Below, one piece after another: positions 22,326-34,091 of a stretch of 64,000 nt of DNA (position 1 is its first letter; each line of letters opens with the position of its first letter). Made by a program: the position numbers and the translations under genes. The notes beneath the pieces are model-generated. The model did not search any database. It was not told where the DNA came from and worked only from the letters and a program-made list of their open reading frames with translations. This DNA is from Spirochaetia bacterium (GTDB lineage Bacteria; Spirochaetota; Spirochaetia; SZUA-6; Bin103): assembly GCA_965203055.1 (NCBI GenBank), contig OZ241863.1, forward strand, positions 768,001 through 832,000, read 5' to 3'.

Positions 22326-24257
22326 TCAGCTTACGCGGTGCTCGTCCAGCCATGCCTGAAACATCAGTATGTCCCATATGCAGGCGTCCCACCGGCGGAT
22401 TCCAGCGAGGTGTTCCATCCACCGCATTCTGATCGGTTCCGGCTCAAAGTACCCTTCATCGCGCAGCCGGCTTTCGGCCAACAGCGATTCCGCCCACTCT
22501 CTGAGCGGTCCTCTCAGCCACGACTCCAGCGGAACTCCGAACCCCATCTTGGGCCGCTCGACGAGCCTCCTGGGTACATGCCGATCGAGCACCTGCCGCA
22601 ATATCCACTTGCTCTCGGCCCCTCGAATCTTCATCGCCAACGGCAACCGCCAGGCGAACTCCACCACTCGATGATCGAGAAACGGCGCGCGCGTTTCCAG
22701 GCTCACCCCCATTGCCGCCCGATCCACCTTGACCAGAATGTCATCCGGCAGGTACGTCAACGCGTCGATCCCCATCAGCCGACTCTGGAGGTCAGGAGCG
22801 TCAGGCCATGCCCGATGATCCGACAGGCAGGTTCGAGGCTCTGACGTATGCCGTACGATGGAAGCAGGAGACTTCCAGTGCGACACCAACTGAACGTAGA
22901 GCTGCTCCGGCTCCCGAAAGTCCAGCAGATCAGACACCTTGCAAGCCCGGTCATAAGTCCGCCCCCTTCCCCAATGCGATGGAACCGCGGCAATGGCACC
23001 CCGGTATAATCGCCTCATCCAGTTCGGGACCGGACCCAGGATCCGCCAAAGGGTACGGGTTCTGAAGTATCGTGTATAGCCGCCGAACAGCTCGTCACCG
23101 CCGTCTCCCGACAGAGCGACGGTCACGTGCCGGCGGGTCATGGCGGAGACCAATGAAGTGGGAATCTGCGAAGGGTCCGAAAACGGTTCGTCGTACAGTA
23201 CCGGCAATCCGGGAATGACATCCAACGCATCCTGCGGGGTAACGTACAACTCCGTATGTTCGGTTCCGAGATGCTCCGCGACTTCCTTGGCATGCGCTGC
23301 CTCGTCGTAGCGCGGATCGTCAAATCCGATGGCGAACGTCCGCACCGGTCGCGACGAGCAGGCCTGCATCAACGCTACGATCGTCGATGAATCGATGCCC
23401 CCCGAAAGAAACGCTCCCAAAGGGACATCAGCTACGACCTGAGACGCCACCGCCTGCCGCAACACCTCGTGCAGCGCCTCCACGGCCTCGCCGGCGTCGC
23501 CCTCGAACGGTCGCTCCCGTCCTTCTTCGACAATCTCCCGCAACGACCAGTAGCGTTCTTCTTCCGGCAATTCGCCTGCCGGTGAAGACCCGTTTCCGAA
23601 CGCGAGCTTGACAAACGCGCCCGGCGCCAGTTTTCGAATGCCCCGATAGATGGACCAAGGACCCGGAATGTAGTTGTGCCGCAGGTACAACGCCAGCGCT
23701 TCCCGGTCGATCACCCCGGCAAATGAAGGATGACATGCCAGGGCCTTGAGCTCGGAGGCGAACATGAACACGCCATTCTGCCACCCGAAGTACAGCGGCT
23801 TCTCACCGAGCCGATCCCGCGCCAGGTAGAGCGCCCGTTCCTGCCGGTCCCACACTGCGAACGCGAACATGCCTGTCGCATACCGCAGCGCCGCCGCCAA
23901 TCCGAAGTGCTCGATCGCCGCCAACAGAGACTCCGTATCGGATGCGCCCTGCCAGGCAACCATCGGACCGGATCGAGAATCCAACCGGTGTCTCAGCTCC
24001 TGGTGATTGTATATTTCCCCGTTGAACGAAATGACGTAGCGGCCCGAGTGGGAACACATCGGCTGGTGCCCGGCGGCAGACAGATCGATCACCGCCAGAC
24101 GCCGATGGGCCAACGCGACGCCGGCGGTTCCGTCGAGCCATACGTCCGCGTCGTCCGGTCCGCGATGCGCCAGCACCTCCGCCATCTTCGACGCTATCGG
24201 CCTCGCCAGCGCTCCCGGAAAGCCGCCGCGCTGAACGAACCCTGCTACTCCGCACAT
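22326..24257 (-). CDS. asnB: Asparagine synthase-like glutamine amidotransferase (glycan-locus type)
   Basis: MCG start, HRGPD, FNGEIYN, FLSGGIDSS, SGDGGDELFGGY. Confidence 0.93.
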   Translation of the reverse strand: MCGVAGFVQRGGFPGALARPIASKMAEVLAHRGPDDADVWLDGTAGVALAHRRLAVIDLSAAGHQPMCSHSGRYVISFNGEIYNHQELRHRLDSRSGPMVAWQGASDTESLLAAIEHFGLAAALRYATGMFAFAVWDRQERALYLARDRLGEKPLYFGWQNGVFMFASELKALACHPSFAGVIDREALALYLRHNYIPGPWSIYRGIRKLAPGAFVKLAFGNGSSPAGELPEEERYWSLREIVEEGRERPFEGDAGEAVEALHEVLRQAVASQVVADVPLGAFLSGGIDSSTIVALMQACSSRPVRTFAIGFDDPRYDEAAHAKEVAEHLGTEHTELYVTPQDALDVIPGLPVLYDEPFSDPSQIPTSLVSAMTRRHVTVALSGDGGDELFGGYTRYFRTRTLWRILGPVPNWMRRLYRGAIAAVPSHWGRGRTYDRACKVSDLLDFREPEQLYVQLVSHWKSPASIVRHTSEPRTCLSDHRAWPDAPDLQSRLMGIDALTYLPDDILVKVDRAAMGVSLETRAPFLDHRVVEFAWRLPLAMKIRGAESKWILRQVLDRHVPRRLVERPKMGFGVPLESWLRGPLREWAESLLAESRLRDEGYFEPEPIRMRWMEHLAGIRRWDACIWDILMFQAWLDEHRVS

Positions 24258-24339
24258 TCTGGCAAATATGCTAACAGTCGAGTCGCGCAATCACGATATG
24301 AACACCGCAGCGGCAACGAGCCGACGCGCAGAGCGACGC

Positions 24340-25145
24340 TCATTGGACGCCGGCATTGCGTACAAAAACGAATTGATGATTCCCGGTACCCGCAGTGGGA
24401 TTCACCGTTCGTGCGATGAAACCTCTCTCGTAAAAGAACTGAACTACTTCGTCCGACTTTGCATACTCATACGGATAGCCGCCGATCCAGTCCAGTATGT
24501 CGGTCACTACGTGCATTCCTCTCTTGCGCTGGTATGCGGCAAACAAGTTGGTCCGTTGCCGAATGGAAGAGATTGCTCTTCTCCCCATATAATACGGAAC
24601 CAGTACCATGGACGTGGCCACTCTCGTAGCGACGTTGAAGTTGTAAAATCTCTTGATCTTTGCCCAGATTCTTGACCGCAATCCGCAATCGTTGTAGATT
24701 GCAAGGCACAAGTGTCCTCCACCTTTCGTCAACTTCGCTACATTGTCCATTGCGTTCCACATGGCGCCGGTGTGATGCAGAACTCCCCATGCGTATACGA
24801 TGTCGTAAGTGTTCAATGACTTCAAAAACTCCTTGTCCAACACAGAACCCTGTAGAACGGCCCAGTTCGAATCGCCGGGGTAATACCGATCCCTAAGTTC
24901 CTTGGCGCATGAAACGGCGTCCGGATCGTAGTCGAATGAGGTCACTTCGCACCCGGCTGAACGCGCGCATAATGAAAGAGTCCACTGCCGCAGCCGACGT
25001 CAAGAAAGCGCGTGCCGGCACTGATGGCGCCATCAGCTTCGGAGATCATGGCAAGCAGTGATTGCTTGGCAATCTTGATGTCCGTATCGGACATGGTGGA
25101 CAAGTACTTCTTCCAGTTTCTTCCGAATCCGAACCGTGACTTCAT
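24340..25145 (-). pseudogene. Class I SAM-dependent methyltransferase, -1 frameshift
   Basis: Paralog of 37184-38002; one base short in homopolymer at 24975-24977 after LDVGCGSGLF. Confidence 0.82.
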
Positions 25146-25159
25146 TCTCTGCAGGCTGA

Positions 25160-25359
25160 GGCAGCCCGGACGGCAGTTTAAGGGTAATCGTTTCGTTGAT
25201 CTACCCCTTCTTGTCGCTCGTCGCTCGTTCTGCCAAAATGGGCGGCGTAACGGGGTGGGGATGCGGAGTATTACCGTTAACTTGTTATATTCAATAGAAG
25301 TACGCCAAAGCTTGGCAGATGCGCCGCGGCCCGCGGGCAGCCGGGAACTGGTCTGAAGC
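25160..25359 (+). repeat. Conserved ~200-bp upstream region of Rpn-A (also ~49630-49834, ~55060-55266)
   Basis: Shared GATCTACCC..TTGTCGCTCG..GTTAACTTGTTAT..CAATAGAAGTACGCC; AT-rich core probably a promoter. Confidence 0.85.
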
Positions 25360-26433
<1,074 letters not shown>

Positions 26434-26459
26434 CCGCCTGCCATCCGGGACGCGCGTAG

Positions 26460-27839
26460 TTGGCGGAGGACGTTGGCGCTGACGAGCGAGGTGCCGGGAG
26501 GCATGCAACTACAACTGGTTTTGTGACGACAATCGAATCACTTCGAAGCAGGGAGGCGCACGTCGGCGTAGTTGGGCTTGGCTACGTCGGCAGACCGCTG
26601 GCGGCGGCGTTGCATCGTCACTTCTCGGTCTACGGCTTCGACACGGACGAACGCCTCATCCGGGCGCTTCGAGCGGGAGCGGGCGGAACTCACGCGGACG
26701 AGACCCGCCCGCTGCGTGAGATGAGGAATTGTCTCACTTCCGACCCCGCGGTACTCAGACGGTGCTCCTTCATCGTCATAACCGTACCGACTCCGATTAC
26801 CGCCGACCGAGTCCCCGATCTGGAGCCCTTGAGAGGCGCTGCCCGGACCATCGGACGGAATCTCAGGACCGGCTGCGTGGTGGTGGTGGAATCGACTGTC
26901 TATCCGGGCGTGACCGAGGAGGTGGTCGGCCCGGTCATTGCTCGCGAAAGCGGTCTCAAGGCCGGTACGGGGTTTCATCTTGGTTACTCGCCGGAGCGCA
27001 TCAACCCCGGAGACGACACACACACGCTGGAGCAGTTGGTGAAGGTGATCGCAAGTAACGAGCGGCCGGTGTCAGAGCTCATGCGCGCCGTCTACGGAGC
27101 GGTTACCGATGCCGGGGTGTACCAGGCGGCGAGTATCCGGACGGCCGAACTTGCCAAGGTACTCGAGAATACTCAGCGCGATCTCAACATTGCATTGATG
27201 AACGAGCTGGCCATGATCTGTGATCGGCTGGCAGTCGACACCAGGGATGTCATCAGGACAGCGGCCACGAAATGGAACTTTGCCCGCTTCGAGCCGGGTC
27301 TGGTGGGCGGCCACTGCATCGGCGTCGATCCGTACTACCTTACCCACGTAGCCGAGCAGGCGGGGCATACGCCGCAGGTCATACTTGCCGGGAGGCAGGT
27401 CAACGATGCAATGGGACAATACGTGGCCGAACGTACCATTGCCTTGATTCGGTCAGCCCGCGGAAGCGTCGAGCGCGCGAACATTCTGGTATTGGGCTTT
27501 ACCTTCAAGGAGAATGTTCCGGACGTGCGCAATACTCGGGTGGCCGACATCATCCACGCTCTGAGGGAGCATGGAGCGCAGTGTTCGATCTTCGACCCCA
27601 AGGTCGACCCTGATGAGATCGGCGGCAATTACGGGTTCCGGGTAGTGGACGACGTGACCCGAAAGGCGCCATATGATGCCGTAATAGTTGCGGTACGGCA
27701 TGACGTGTTCAGGTCGATGTTTTCGCTGGACGCAATCAAGTCGATGTTGGTTCCCGATCATCCGGTTCTCATTGACGTGAAGGCATTCTACGACAAAGAG
27801 TCCGCGCATACCGCAGGGTTACTATATTGGCGACTATAA
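26460..27839 (+). CDS. Nucleotide-sugar dehydrogenase (TviB/WbpO/WecC-like)
   Basis: GLGYVG, ESTVYPG, YSPERINPG, GGHCIGVDP, FKEN; start uncertain. Confidence 0.92.
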   Translation: MAEDVGADERGAGRHATTTGFVTTIESLRSREAHVGVVGLGYVGRPLAAALHRHFSVYGFDTDERLIRALRAGAGGTHADETRPLREMRNCLTSDPAVLRRCSFIVITVPTPITADRVPDLEPLRGAARTIGRNLRTGCVVVVESTVYPGVTEEVVGPVIARESGLKAGTGFHLGYSPERINPGDDTHTLEQLVKVIASNERPVSELMRAVYGAVTDAGVYQAASIRTAELAKVLENTQRDLNIALMNELAMICDRLAVDTRDVIRTAATKWNFARFEPGLVGGHCIGVDPYYLTHVAEQAGHTPQVILAGRQVNDAMGQYVAERTIALIRSARGSVERANILVLGFTFKENVPDVRNTRVADIIHALREHGAQCSIFDPKVDPDEIGGNYGFRVVDDVTRKAPYDAVIVAVRHDVFRSMFSLDAIKSMLVPDHPVLIDVKAFYDKESAHTAGLLYWRL

Positions 27840-27844
27840 TGTTG

Positions 27845-28367
27845 ACGCCACGCCCCCGAGTTTGTGCTGCTGGTGGACCAGTCGGAGACGGGGGTGGAAG
27901 CGGTGCCGGGCGAAACGCTGGGGCGGGCAGCGCAGCTGGCGCTGATGGCGGCGGCGCGCCGCGAGGTGAGGGAGGCGCTGGCACGGGCGGTGCGGCTGAT
28001 GGGAGAGTTGCACCGTGCGGGACAGGGCGAACGGTTCGGGCCGGTAGTGTTGTACGTGACCCGCACGCAGGATAACGAGACGTTGCGGGAGTTCTTCGCG
28101 GCGCTGCGGAGGGAAGTACCGGGACCAGGAGGGGATATGAGAACGTATGGGGAGCAGTTGATCCAGGAGGGCCGGCAGGAAGGCCTCCAGGAAGGCGTGC
28201 TGAAGGGCCGGCAGGAAGGCCGGCAGGAGGGCCAAGTGGCCACGATCGAGAGCTTTCTGCGCGCCGGCGTCGGGTGGTCGACTATCAAGCAGGCTACCGG
28301 CATCGACCAGGAGGCGTTCGAGTTGCTCCGCCGACAGACCCACCCGGCAGATCGGGAACTGACTTAG
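27845..28367 (+). pseudogene. Rpn family B with nuclease domain deleted
   Basis: B upstream motif CCACGCCCCCGAGTTT joined directly to LLVDQSET-coding sequence. Confidence 0.88.
28137..28367 (+). CDS. Putative RpnS (B type, 76 aa), orphan
   Basis: AGGAGGGG-at-ATG; intact frame MRTYGEQLIQE. Confidence 0.6.
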   Translation: MRTYGEQLIQEGRQEGLQEGVLKGRQEGRQEGQVATIESFLRAGVGWSTIKQATGIDQEAFELLRRQTHPADRELT

Positions 28368-28529
28368 TTCAGCCGCACCGGTCGTTCAGCAACGGGCCGG
28401 TGGCCCTGCGGGGTAGCTCAAGCAACCAACGCCGCCGACGGCCAGCGTTGCCCGGAGGCACGCAGGTGCTTCGCCTGCACGGTATGGCGCCACGCCACCG
28501 AGTTTATGTTATGCTGCGCGGCGCCACGC

Positions 28530-29687
28530 ATGACGCGCGACCTGCACCAGCCGCATGACCGCCTGTTTCGCAAGGTGTTCTCCGAGCCGGCCGAAGCGGC
28601 CGGCTTGTTGCGCGTCTACGTGCCGGGGTGGCTCGCCGAAACGCTGGACTGGTCCAGCTTGACGCTGGTGCCCGCCAGCTACGTGGACGACGAACTGCAG
28701 GCCAGCGAGTCCGACCTGCTGTTCGCGGTGGAGCAGCGTCCGGGCGGGGCGGAGTCGGGAGAGGAGCGGCGTTCGCTGCGGCTCTATCTGCTGTTCGAGC
28801 ACCAATCGACGCCGGACCGGATGATGAGCTTCCGGCTGCTGAAGTACTGCTGCCGCATCTGGGATGATTTCTTGCGCTCTGACGAAGGGAAGGAGACGCC
28901 GGAGTTGCCGCCGATCGTGCCGCTGGTGTTCTATCAGGGCGAGTCGAGCTGGCGCCACGCGACCGAGTTCAGCGAGTTGTTTGCGGAATCGGTCAGGGGG
29001 TGGCCGTGGACGCCGAAGTTCAAGCACCTGTTGGTGGACCAGTCGGAGACGAGGGTGGAAGCGGTGCCGGGCGAAACGCTGGGCCGGGCAGCGCAGCTTG
29101 CGCTGATGGCGGCGGCGCGCCGCGAGGTGCGTGCGGCGCTGGCGCGGGAGGCGCTGGCGCGGACGGTGCGGCTGATGGGAGAGTTGCACCGTGCGGGACA
29201 GGGAGAACGGATCGGGCCGGTGGTGTTGTACGTGATCGGCACGCAGGATAATGAGACGTTGCGGGAGTTTGACGCGGCACTGCGGCGGGAAGTACCGGGA
29301 CCAGGAGGGGATATGATGACGTATGGGGAGCAGCTGATCCAGGAGGGCCGGCAGGAAGGTCTCCAGGAAGGCCTCCAGGAAGGCCGGCAGCAAGGCGTGC
29401 TGAAGGGCCTCCGGGAGGGCGTGCTGAAGGGCCGGCAGGAAGGCCGAGTGGAAGGCCGGCAGGAGGGCCGAGTGGAAGGCCGGCAGGAGGGCCGAGTGGA
29501 GGGCCGGCACGAGGGTCGGCACGAGGGCCGGCAGGAAGGCCGGCAGGAAGGCCAGATAGCCACGATCGAGAGCTTTCTGCGCGCCGGCGTCGGGTGGGCG
29601 ACTATCAAGCAGGCTACCGGCATCGACCAGGAGGCGTTCGAGTTGCTTCGCCGGCAGACCCACCCGGCAGATCGGGAACTGACTTAG
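28530..29687 (+). CDS. Rpn/YhgA-like nuclease, family B
   Basis: PHDRLFR, SDLLF, LFEHQS, PIVPLVFY, 17 four-residue units. Confidence 0.92.
   Translation: MTRDLHQPHDRLFRKVFSEPAEAAGLLRVYVPGWLAETLDWSSLTLVPASYVDDELQASESDLLFAVEQRPGGAESGEERRSLRLYLLFEHQSTPDRMMSFRLLKYCCRIWDDFLRSDEGKETPELPPIVPLVFYQGESSWRHATEFSELFAESVRGWPWTPKFKHLLVDQSETRVEAVPGETLGRAAQLALMAAARREVRAALAREALARTVRLMGELHRAGQGERIGPVVLYVIGTQDNETLREFDAALRREVPGPGGDMMTYGEQLIQEGRQEGLQEGLQEGRQQGVLKGLREGVLKGRQEGRVEGRQEGRVEGRQEGRVEGRHEGRHEGRQEGRQEGQIATIESFLRAGVGWATIKQATGIDQEAFELLRRQTHPADRELT
29313..29687 (+). CDS. Putative intragenic RpnS (124 aa)
   Basis: In-frame AGGAGGGG + ATG. Confidence 0.6.
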   Translation: MMTYGEQLIQEGRQEGLQEGLQEGRQQGVLKGLREGVLKGRQEGRVEGRQEGRVEGRQEGRVEGRHEGRHEGRQEGRQEGQIATIESFLRAGVGWATIKQATGIDQEAFELLRRQTHPADRELT

Positions 29688-29854
29688 TTCAGCCGCACCG
29701 GTCATTCAGCATGGGCCTGTAGGCTTCGCGGGGTAGCTCAAGCAACCAACGCCGCCGGCGGGCCAAGCGTTGCCCGGGAGGCACAGCAGGTGCTTCGCCT
29801 GCACGGTATGGCGCCACGCCCCCGAGTTTTATGCTATGCTGCGCGGCGCCACGC

Positions 29855-30909
29855 ATGACGCGCGACCTGCACCAGCCGCATGACCGTCTGTTTCGCAAGG
29901 TGTTCTCCGAGCCGGCCGAAGCGGCCGGCTTGTTGCGCGTCTACGTGCCGGGGTGGCTCGCCGAAACGCTGGACTGGTCCAGCCTGACGCTGATGCCCGC
30001 CAGCTACGTGGACGACGAACTGCGGGCCAGCGAGTCCGACCTGCTGTTCGCGGTGGAGCAGCGTCCGGGGGCGGCGGAGCCGGGGGAGGAGCGGCGTTCG
30101 TTGCGGCTCTACCTGCTGTTTGAGCACCAATCGACGCCGGACCGGATGATGAGCTTCCGGCTGCTGAAGTACTGCTGCGGCATCTGGGATGATTTCTTGC
30201 GCTCTGACGAAGGGAAGGAGACGCCGGACTTGCCGCCGATCGTGCCGCTGGTGTTCTATCAAGGTGAGTCGAGCTGGCGCCATGCGACGGAGTTCAGCGA
30301 GTTGTTTGCGGAATCGGTCAGGCGGTGGCCGTGGACGCCGCAGTTCAAGCACCTGCTGGTGGACCAGTCGGAGACGGGGGTGGAAGCGGTGCCGGGCGAA
30401 ACGCTGGGCCGGGCAGCGCAGCTGGCGCTGATGGCGGCGGCGCGCCGCGAGGTGAGGGAGGCGCTGGCACGGGCGGTGCGGCTGATGGGAGAGTTGCACC
30501 GTGCGGGACAGGGCGAACGGTTCGGGCCGGTAGTGTTGTACGTGACACGCAGGATAACGAGACGTTGCGGGAGTTCTTCGCGGCGCTGCGGAGGGAAGTA
30601 CCGGGACCAGGAGGGGATATGAAAACGTATGGGGAGCAGCTGATCCAGGAGGGCCGGCAGGAAGGCCTGCAGGAAGGCCTGCTGAAGGGCCTCCACGAAG
30701 GCGTGCTGAAAGGCCGGCAGGAGGGCCGAGTGGAGGGCCGAGTGGAAGGCCGGCACGAGGGCCGGCAGGAAGGCCAGGTAGCCACGATCGAGAGCTTTCT
30801 GCGCGCCGGCGTCGGGTGGGCGACTATCAAGCAGGCTACCGGCATCGACCAGGAGGCGTTCGAGTTGCTTCGCCGGCAGACCCACCCGGCAGATCGGGAA
30901 CTGACTTAG
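29855..30909 (+). pseudogene. Rpn family B, frameshifted upstream of the RpnS start
   Basis: 4-bp deletion at ~30546 (GTGAC-ACGCAG vs GTGACCCGCACGCAG at 28056). Confidence 0.85.
30619..30909 (+). CDS. Putative RpnS (B type, 96 aa), intact
   Basis: AGGAGGGG + ATG, open to TAG. Confidence 0.6.
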   Translation: MKTYGEQLIQEGRQEGLQEGLLKGLHEGVLKGRQEGRVEGRVEGRHEGRQEGQVATIESFLRAGVGWATIKQATGIDQEAFELLRRQTHPADRELT

Positions 30910-31039
30910 TTCCAGCCGCACCGATCGTCAGCACGGGCCTGTAGCCCGGCGGGGTAGCTCAAGCAACCCACGCCGCCGGCGGCCAGCGTTGCCCGGGAGG
31001 CACTGCCTGCACGGGGTTGGCGTCCGGCTTCGCGGCGCG

Positions 31040-31237
31040 GCGCGTGACCGCCGAGTGGATGGAGTTCTACAAGGAGAGGTATGCCCCACTCGGCGTTGGG
31101 TCGGCGGGCGCCTGCGGAGGCCTGCTGCAACGTGGCGGGTTACCGCCACTTGATTTGCAGAGGGAGGGATGGGTTGACAACCGGCGGATACCCCTTAACC
31201 TACCCCTTGTACCGTCTGACCGACCGGGACCACCTCA
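31040..31237 (+). mobile_element. IS3-family remnant (integrase C-terminus and right end)
   Basis: EWMEFY..PHSALGRRAPAEA across a frameshift; ends GGGACCACCTCA; related end inverted at 49594 and 55026. Confidence 0.6.
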
Positions 31238-31400
31238 GACGACGTGACCCGAAAGGCGCCACATGGCGCCGTTGGACGTTTCCGCTGGACGCAAGCAAGT
31301 CGATTCCGGTTCCCGATCATCCGGTTCTCATCTGACGTGAAAGCACTCTACGACAAAGAGTTCGCGCGTGCCGCAGGGCTACGATATTGGCGACGGTAAT
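31238..31400 (+). pseudogene. Degenerate duplicate of the dehydrogenase 3' end
   Basis: Matches 27648-27845 including the TAATGTTGA junction. Confidence 0.85.
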
Positions 31401-32919
31401 GTTGAGCCGCATCGCCGGCGCTATCCGAGGATCACATATATCTTCTTCCGAACGGTCCGTCGGATCCAGGATTTCCGCGGCGGCGCTTGCCATTGGTGGG
31501 TTCACTGTTGGCGTCAAGGTGGTGGCCCTGGGCTCGACGTTACTCATTGCCTCCTTCTTTGGTACCGGAGACGATCTGGAGGCATTTCTCATTGCGTTCC
31601 TGTTGCCGTCGATGGGAATGTCCGTGATATGCGGCGCGTTCCGGTCAGCTTTGATACCAACATACGTCCAGGTGCGAGAGCAGTACGGAAGTCTCCGCGC
31701 TCAGTCTCTGTTCTCGAGAATCATGTTCGTTGCCAGTGGCATACTCCTGCTTTCCGTGGGATGCTTCGCAGTTCTGGTACCGTACCTGTTGCCGCTACTC
31801 GCATCCGGCTTCCCGCCAACCAAGTTGGCACTGGCAATACAACTTTCCTACTTATTGTTACCGGTGATCGTGGTCAAGGGTATCGCGACGATATATGGCG
31901 CGGCGCTCAACGCCGAGGAACGTTTCTCCCTGGTCGCTGCGGCGCCGGCGCTGATACCAGCCTCCACCATTCTATTCATGCTGTTGTGGCCGGTGCCTGC
32001 TACGAGGATCTACGGGCTTGCGGTCGCCACGATCGTCGGGATGGTCGGAGAACTCATTGCCGTGAGCTGGGCACTGAAGTTGCGCGGAATCGCCTTGCTT
32101 CCGCGGCGCGCCGCGAGTAGCGCCGCGAGTCGGCAGGTGATTTCTCAGTATTTTCCCATTCTGGCGGGCGCCCTGCTGATGAGCGGTACCGCGTTTGTGG
32201 ACGAGGCGATGGCGGCCTCGCTGTCTGCGGGCAGTCTGGCGTCCCTCAGCTACGGCGGGCGATTCGTAAACGTAATCCTGCAGGTCCTGTCAGGCGCTAT
32301 CGCAACGGCCGTACTTCCGTTCTTTTCCAAGCTCGTCGACGAGCGCAATTGGAGCGCGCTGCGATCGCTGCTCAGGGTGTACATTGCGCGCATACTTGTC
32401 GTAACGGCCGGAATTACGCTCTTGCTGGTCGTCTCTTCCGAGACGTTGATAGGCTTGGTACTGCAACGAGGCGTATTTGGACACGGAGACACCGTACTGG
32501 TCGGACGAATTCAGGCGGTGTACGCGTTGCAGATTCCCTTCTACGTCTGCGGGATAATGCTCGTTCGCGTGATCTCGTCGCTGAAGGCCAATCATGTCCT
32601 CGTGATCGGGTCGTTCGCCAACCTCGTCATCAACATCTGCTTGAATTACCTCTTCATGCAGATATGGGGCGTTACGGGAGTGGCGCTTTCGACGGTCTGC
32701 GTGTATCTGTTTTCGACCGCCTATATCATGATCATGGTATATCGAATTCTCCTCAGCGGGGGCGGCGCAGCGCGGCTATCCGATCGGCAGCGGAGTGGTG
32801 GAAGCGGCGTACAAGACGCTGGTCACCGAACGGCTGAAGCGTTCGGGGATGCGCTGGCGAGAGGCCGGGGGGCAAGCGATTCTGACGTTACGAGGCTGGG
32901 TGCAGAGCGGTCGTTTTGA
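31399..32919 (+). CDS. MurJ/MviN-like flippase
   Basis: Multi-TM; FFGTG..EAFLIAF, ALIP, LSY, AIATAVLPFFS, GVALST. Confidence 0.8.
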   Translation: MLSRIAGAIRGSHISSSERSVGSRISAAALAIGGFTVGVKVVALGSTLLIASFFGTGDDLEAFLIAFLLPSMGMSVICGAFRSALIPTYVQVREQYGSLRAQSLFSRIMFVASGILLLSVGCFAVLVPYLLPLLASGFPPTKLALAIQLSYLLLPVIVVKGIATIYGAALNAEERFSLVAAAPALIPASTILFMLLWPVPATRIYGLAVATIVGMVGELIAVSWALKLRGIALLPRRAASSAASRQVISQYFPILAGALLMSGTAFVDEAMAASLSAGSLASLSYGGRFVNVILQVLSGAIATAVLPFFSKLVDERNWSALRSLLRVYIARILVVTAGITLLLVVSSETLIGLVLQRGVFGHGDTVLVGRIQAVYALQIPFYVCGIMLVRVISSLKANHVLVIGSFANLVINICLNYLFMQIWGVTGVALSTVCVYLFSTAYIMIMVYRILLSGGGAARLSDRQRSGGSGVQDAGHRTAEAFGDALARGRGASDSDVTRLGAERSF

Positions 32920-32993
32920 GACAGCGTGGACGCTGCTTGCGGCCATGTATCGAGACGAGGTAAGACGCTGACGTACGACGTACGCCCGCTGCG

Positions 32994-34091
32994 TCAATGA
33001 GCCGATATGCAGGACGTGATCAATCGCTCCCACATCCCCATTACCTTGTCCTTTCCGAAGCGCTTGGCCACCTCTATCCCGTTGGCCGCAAGACGCTCGC
33101 GCTCCGCCTGGTCAGCCATCAACCGATCCATTGCTTCGGCCAGCTTGTTCACGTCGTCGGATGGAACGAGAATGCCATCGATACCATCCCTTACGATGTG
33201 ACGAGGACCAGGACAGTCGAAGCTCAATACCGGGACTCCGCACGCCATCGCTTCGCACAGCACGTTAGGGAACCCTTCAAATCGAGAAGACATTACAAAC
33301 AGTCCGGCCTCCCGCATCTCTGAGAACGGATCCGATGTCCACCCAGGAAGCGCAACTCGACCTTGCAGATCGAGCCGATCGCGCAGCAGTTCAAGCTCCT
33401 GTCGATCATTTCCCTCTCCCCAGATCTGCAAGGACCACCCAGGATGATTTGCGGCGACCATCGAGAACGCGGTGATCAACCGGTCAAACCCCTTCTGATG
33501 AACAAGCCGACCCATCGCCATTACGGTTTTGTTCCTGCCACCGGCACGCGCAAGACCAGCGTCGAATGGCACCGAGACCGGATTGGGTATTACCCGTCCT
33601 CGCCGCCGGATCGGGTCCGGGAAGTACCGGAGCGCGTCCGGCGTGAGCGCTACGACAAACGTAGCGTAACGATAACACCATCTTCGAAGTACGCTCCATG
33701 CCGCCCCAATTCGATGGCGTGAAGGATCGATGCGCTCGGATACGATCACCGGGATGCCGAGTCCCAAGGTCGCCAATATCGTCTTTACGTTCACCACGTC
33801 CAGGAACGACACTATGGCGTCCGGCGTACTGTCCCTGATCGCACGTCGTATGACAGGAAGACGTTTCAGGTTGTTACCGACGGCTTGGACTACCCCGCTG
33901 GACGGACGCTCAATATCCAAATGCCGATGATCTACCGCCGCGTGAAGGCCGTAGGCGGGAGCTTCGCGACCATCATCGTACGTCAGCAGCGTAACCCTCC
34001 ATCCGCATGCGGCCCAATGGCTTGCCATGATCGACATCACGCGCTCCGCGCCGCCGCCTCTGAGCGAAGAAATAACTAGTGTGATCCGCAC
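32994..34091 (-). CDS. GT4 glycosyltransferase (PglH/PglJ/AmsD-like)
   Basis: GGAERV, GRLVHQKGFD, SRFEGFPNVLCEAM; GTG 34091 after GAGGAGG. Confidence 0.9.
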   Translation of the reverse strand: MRITLVISSLRGGGAERVMSIMASHWAACGWRVTLLTYDDGREAPAYGLHAAVDHRHLDIERPSSGVVQAVGNNLKRLPVIRRAIRDSTPDAIVSFLDVVNVKTILATLGLGIPVIVSERIDPSRHRIGAAWSVLRRWCYRYATFVVALTPDALRYFPDPIRRRGRVIPNPVSVPFDAGLARAGGRNKTVMAMGRLVHQKGFDRLITAFSMVAANHPGWSLQIWGEGNDRQELELLRDRLDLQGRVALPGWTSDPFSEMREAGLFVMSSRFEGFPNVLCEAMACGVPVLSFDCPGPRHIVRDGIDGILVPSDDVNKLAEAMDRLMADQAERERLAANGIEVAKRFGKDKVMGMWERLITSCISAH

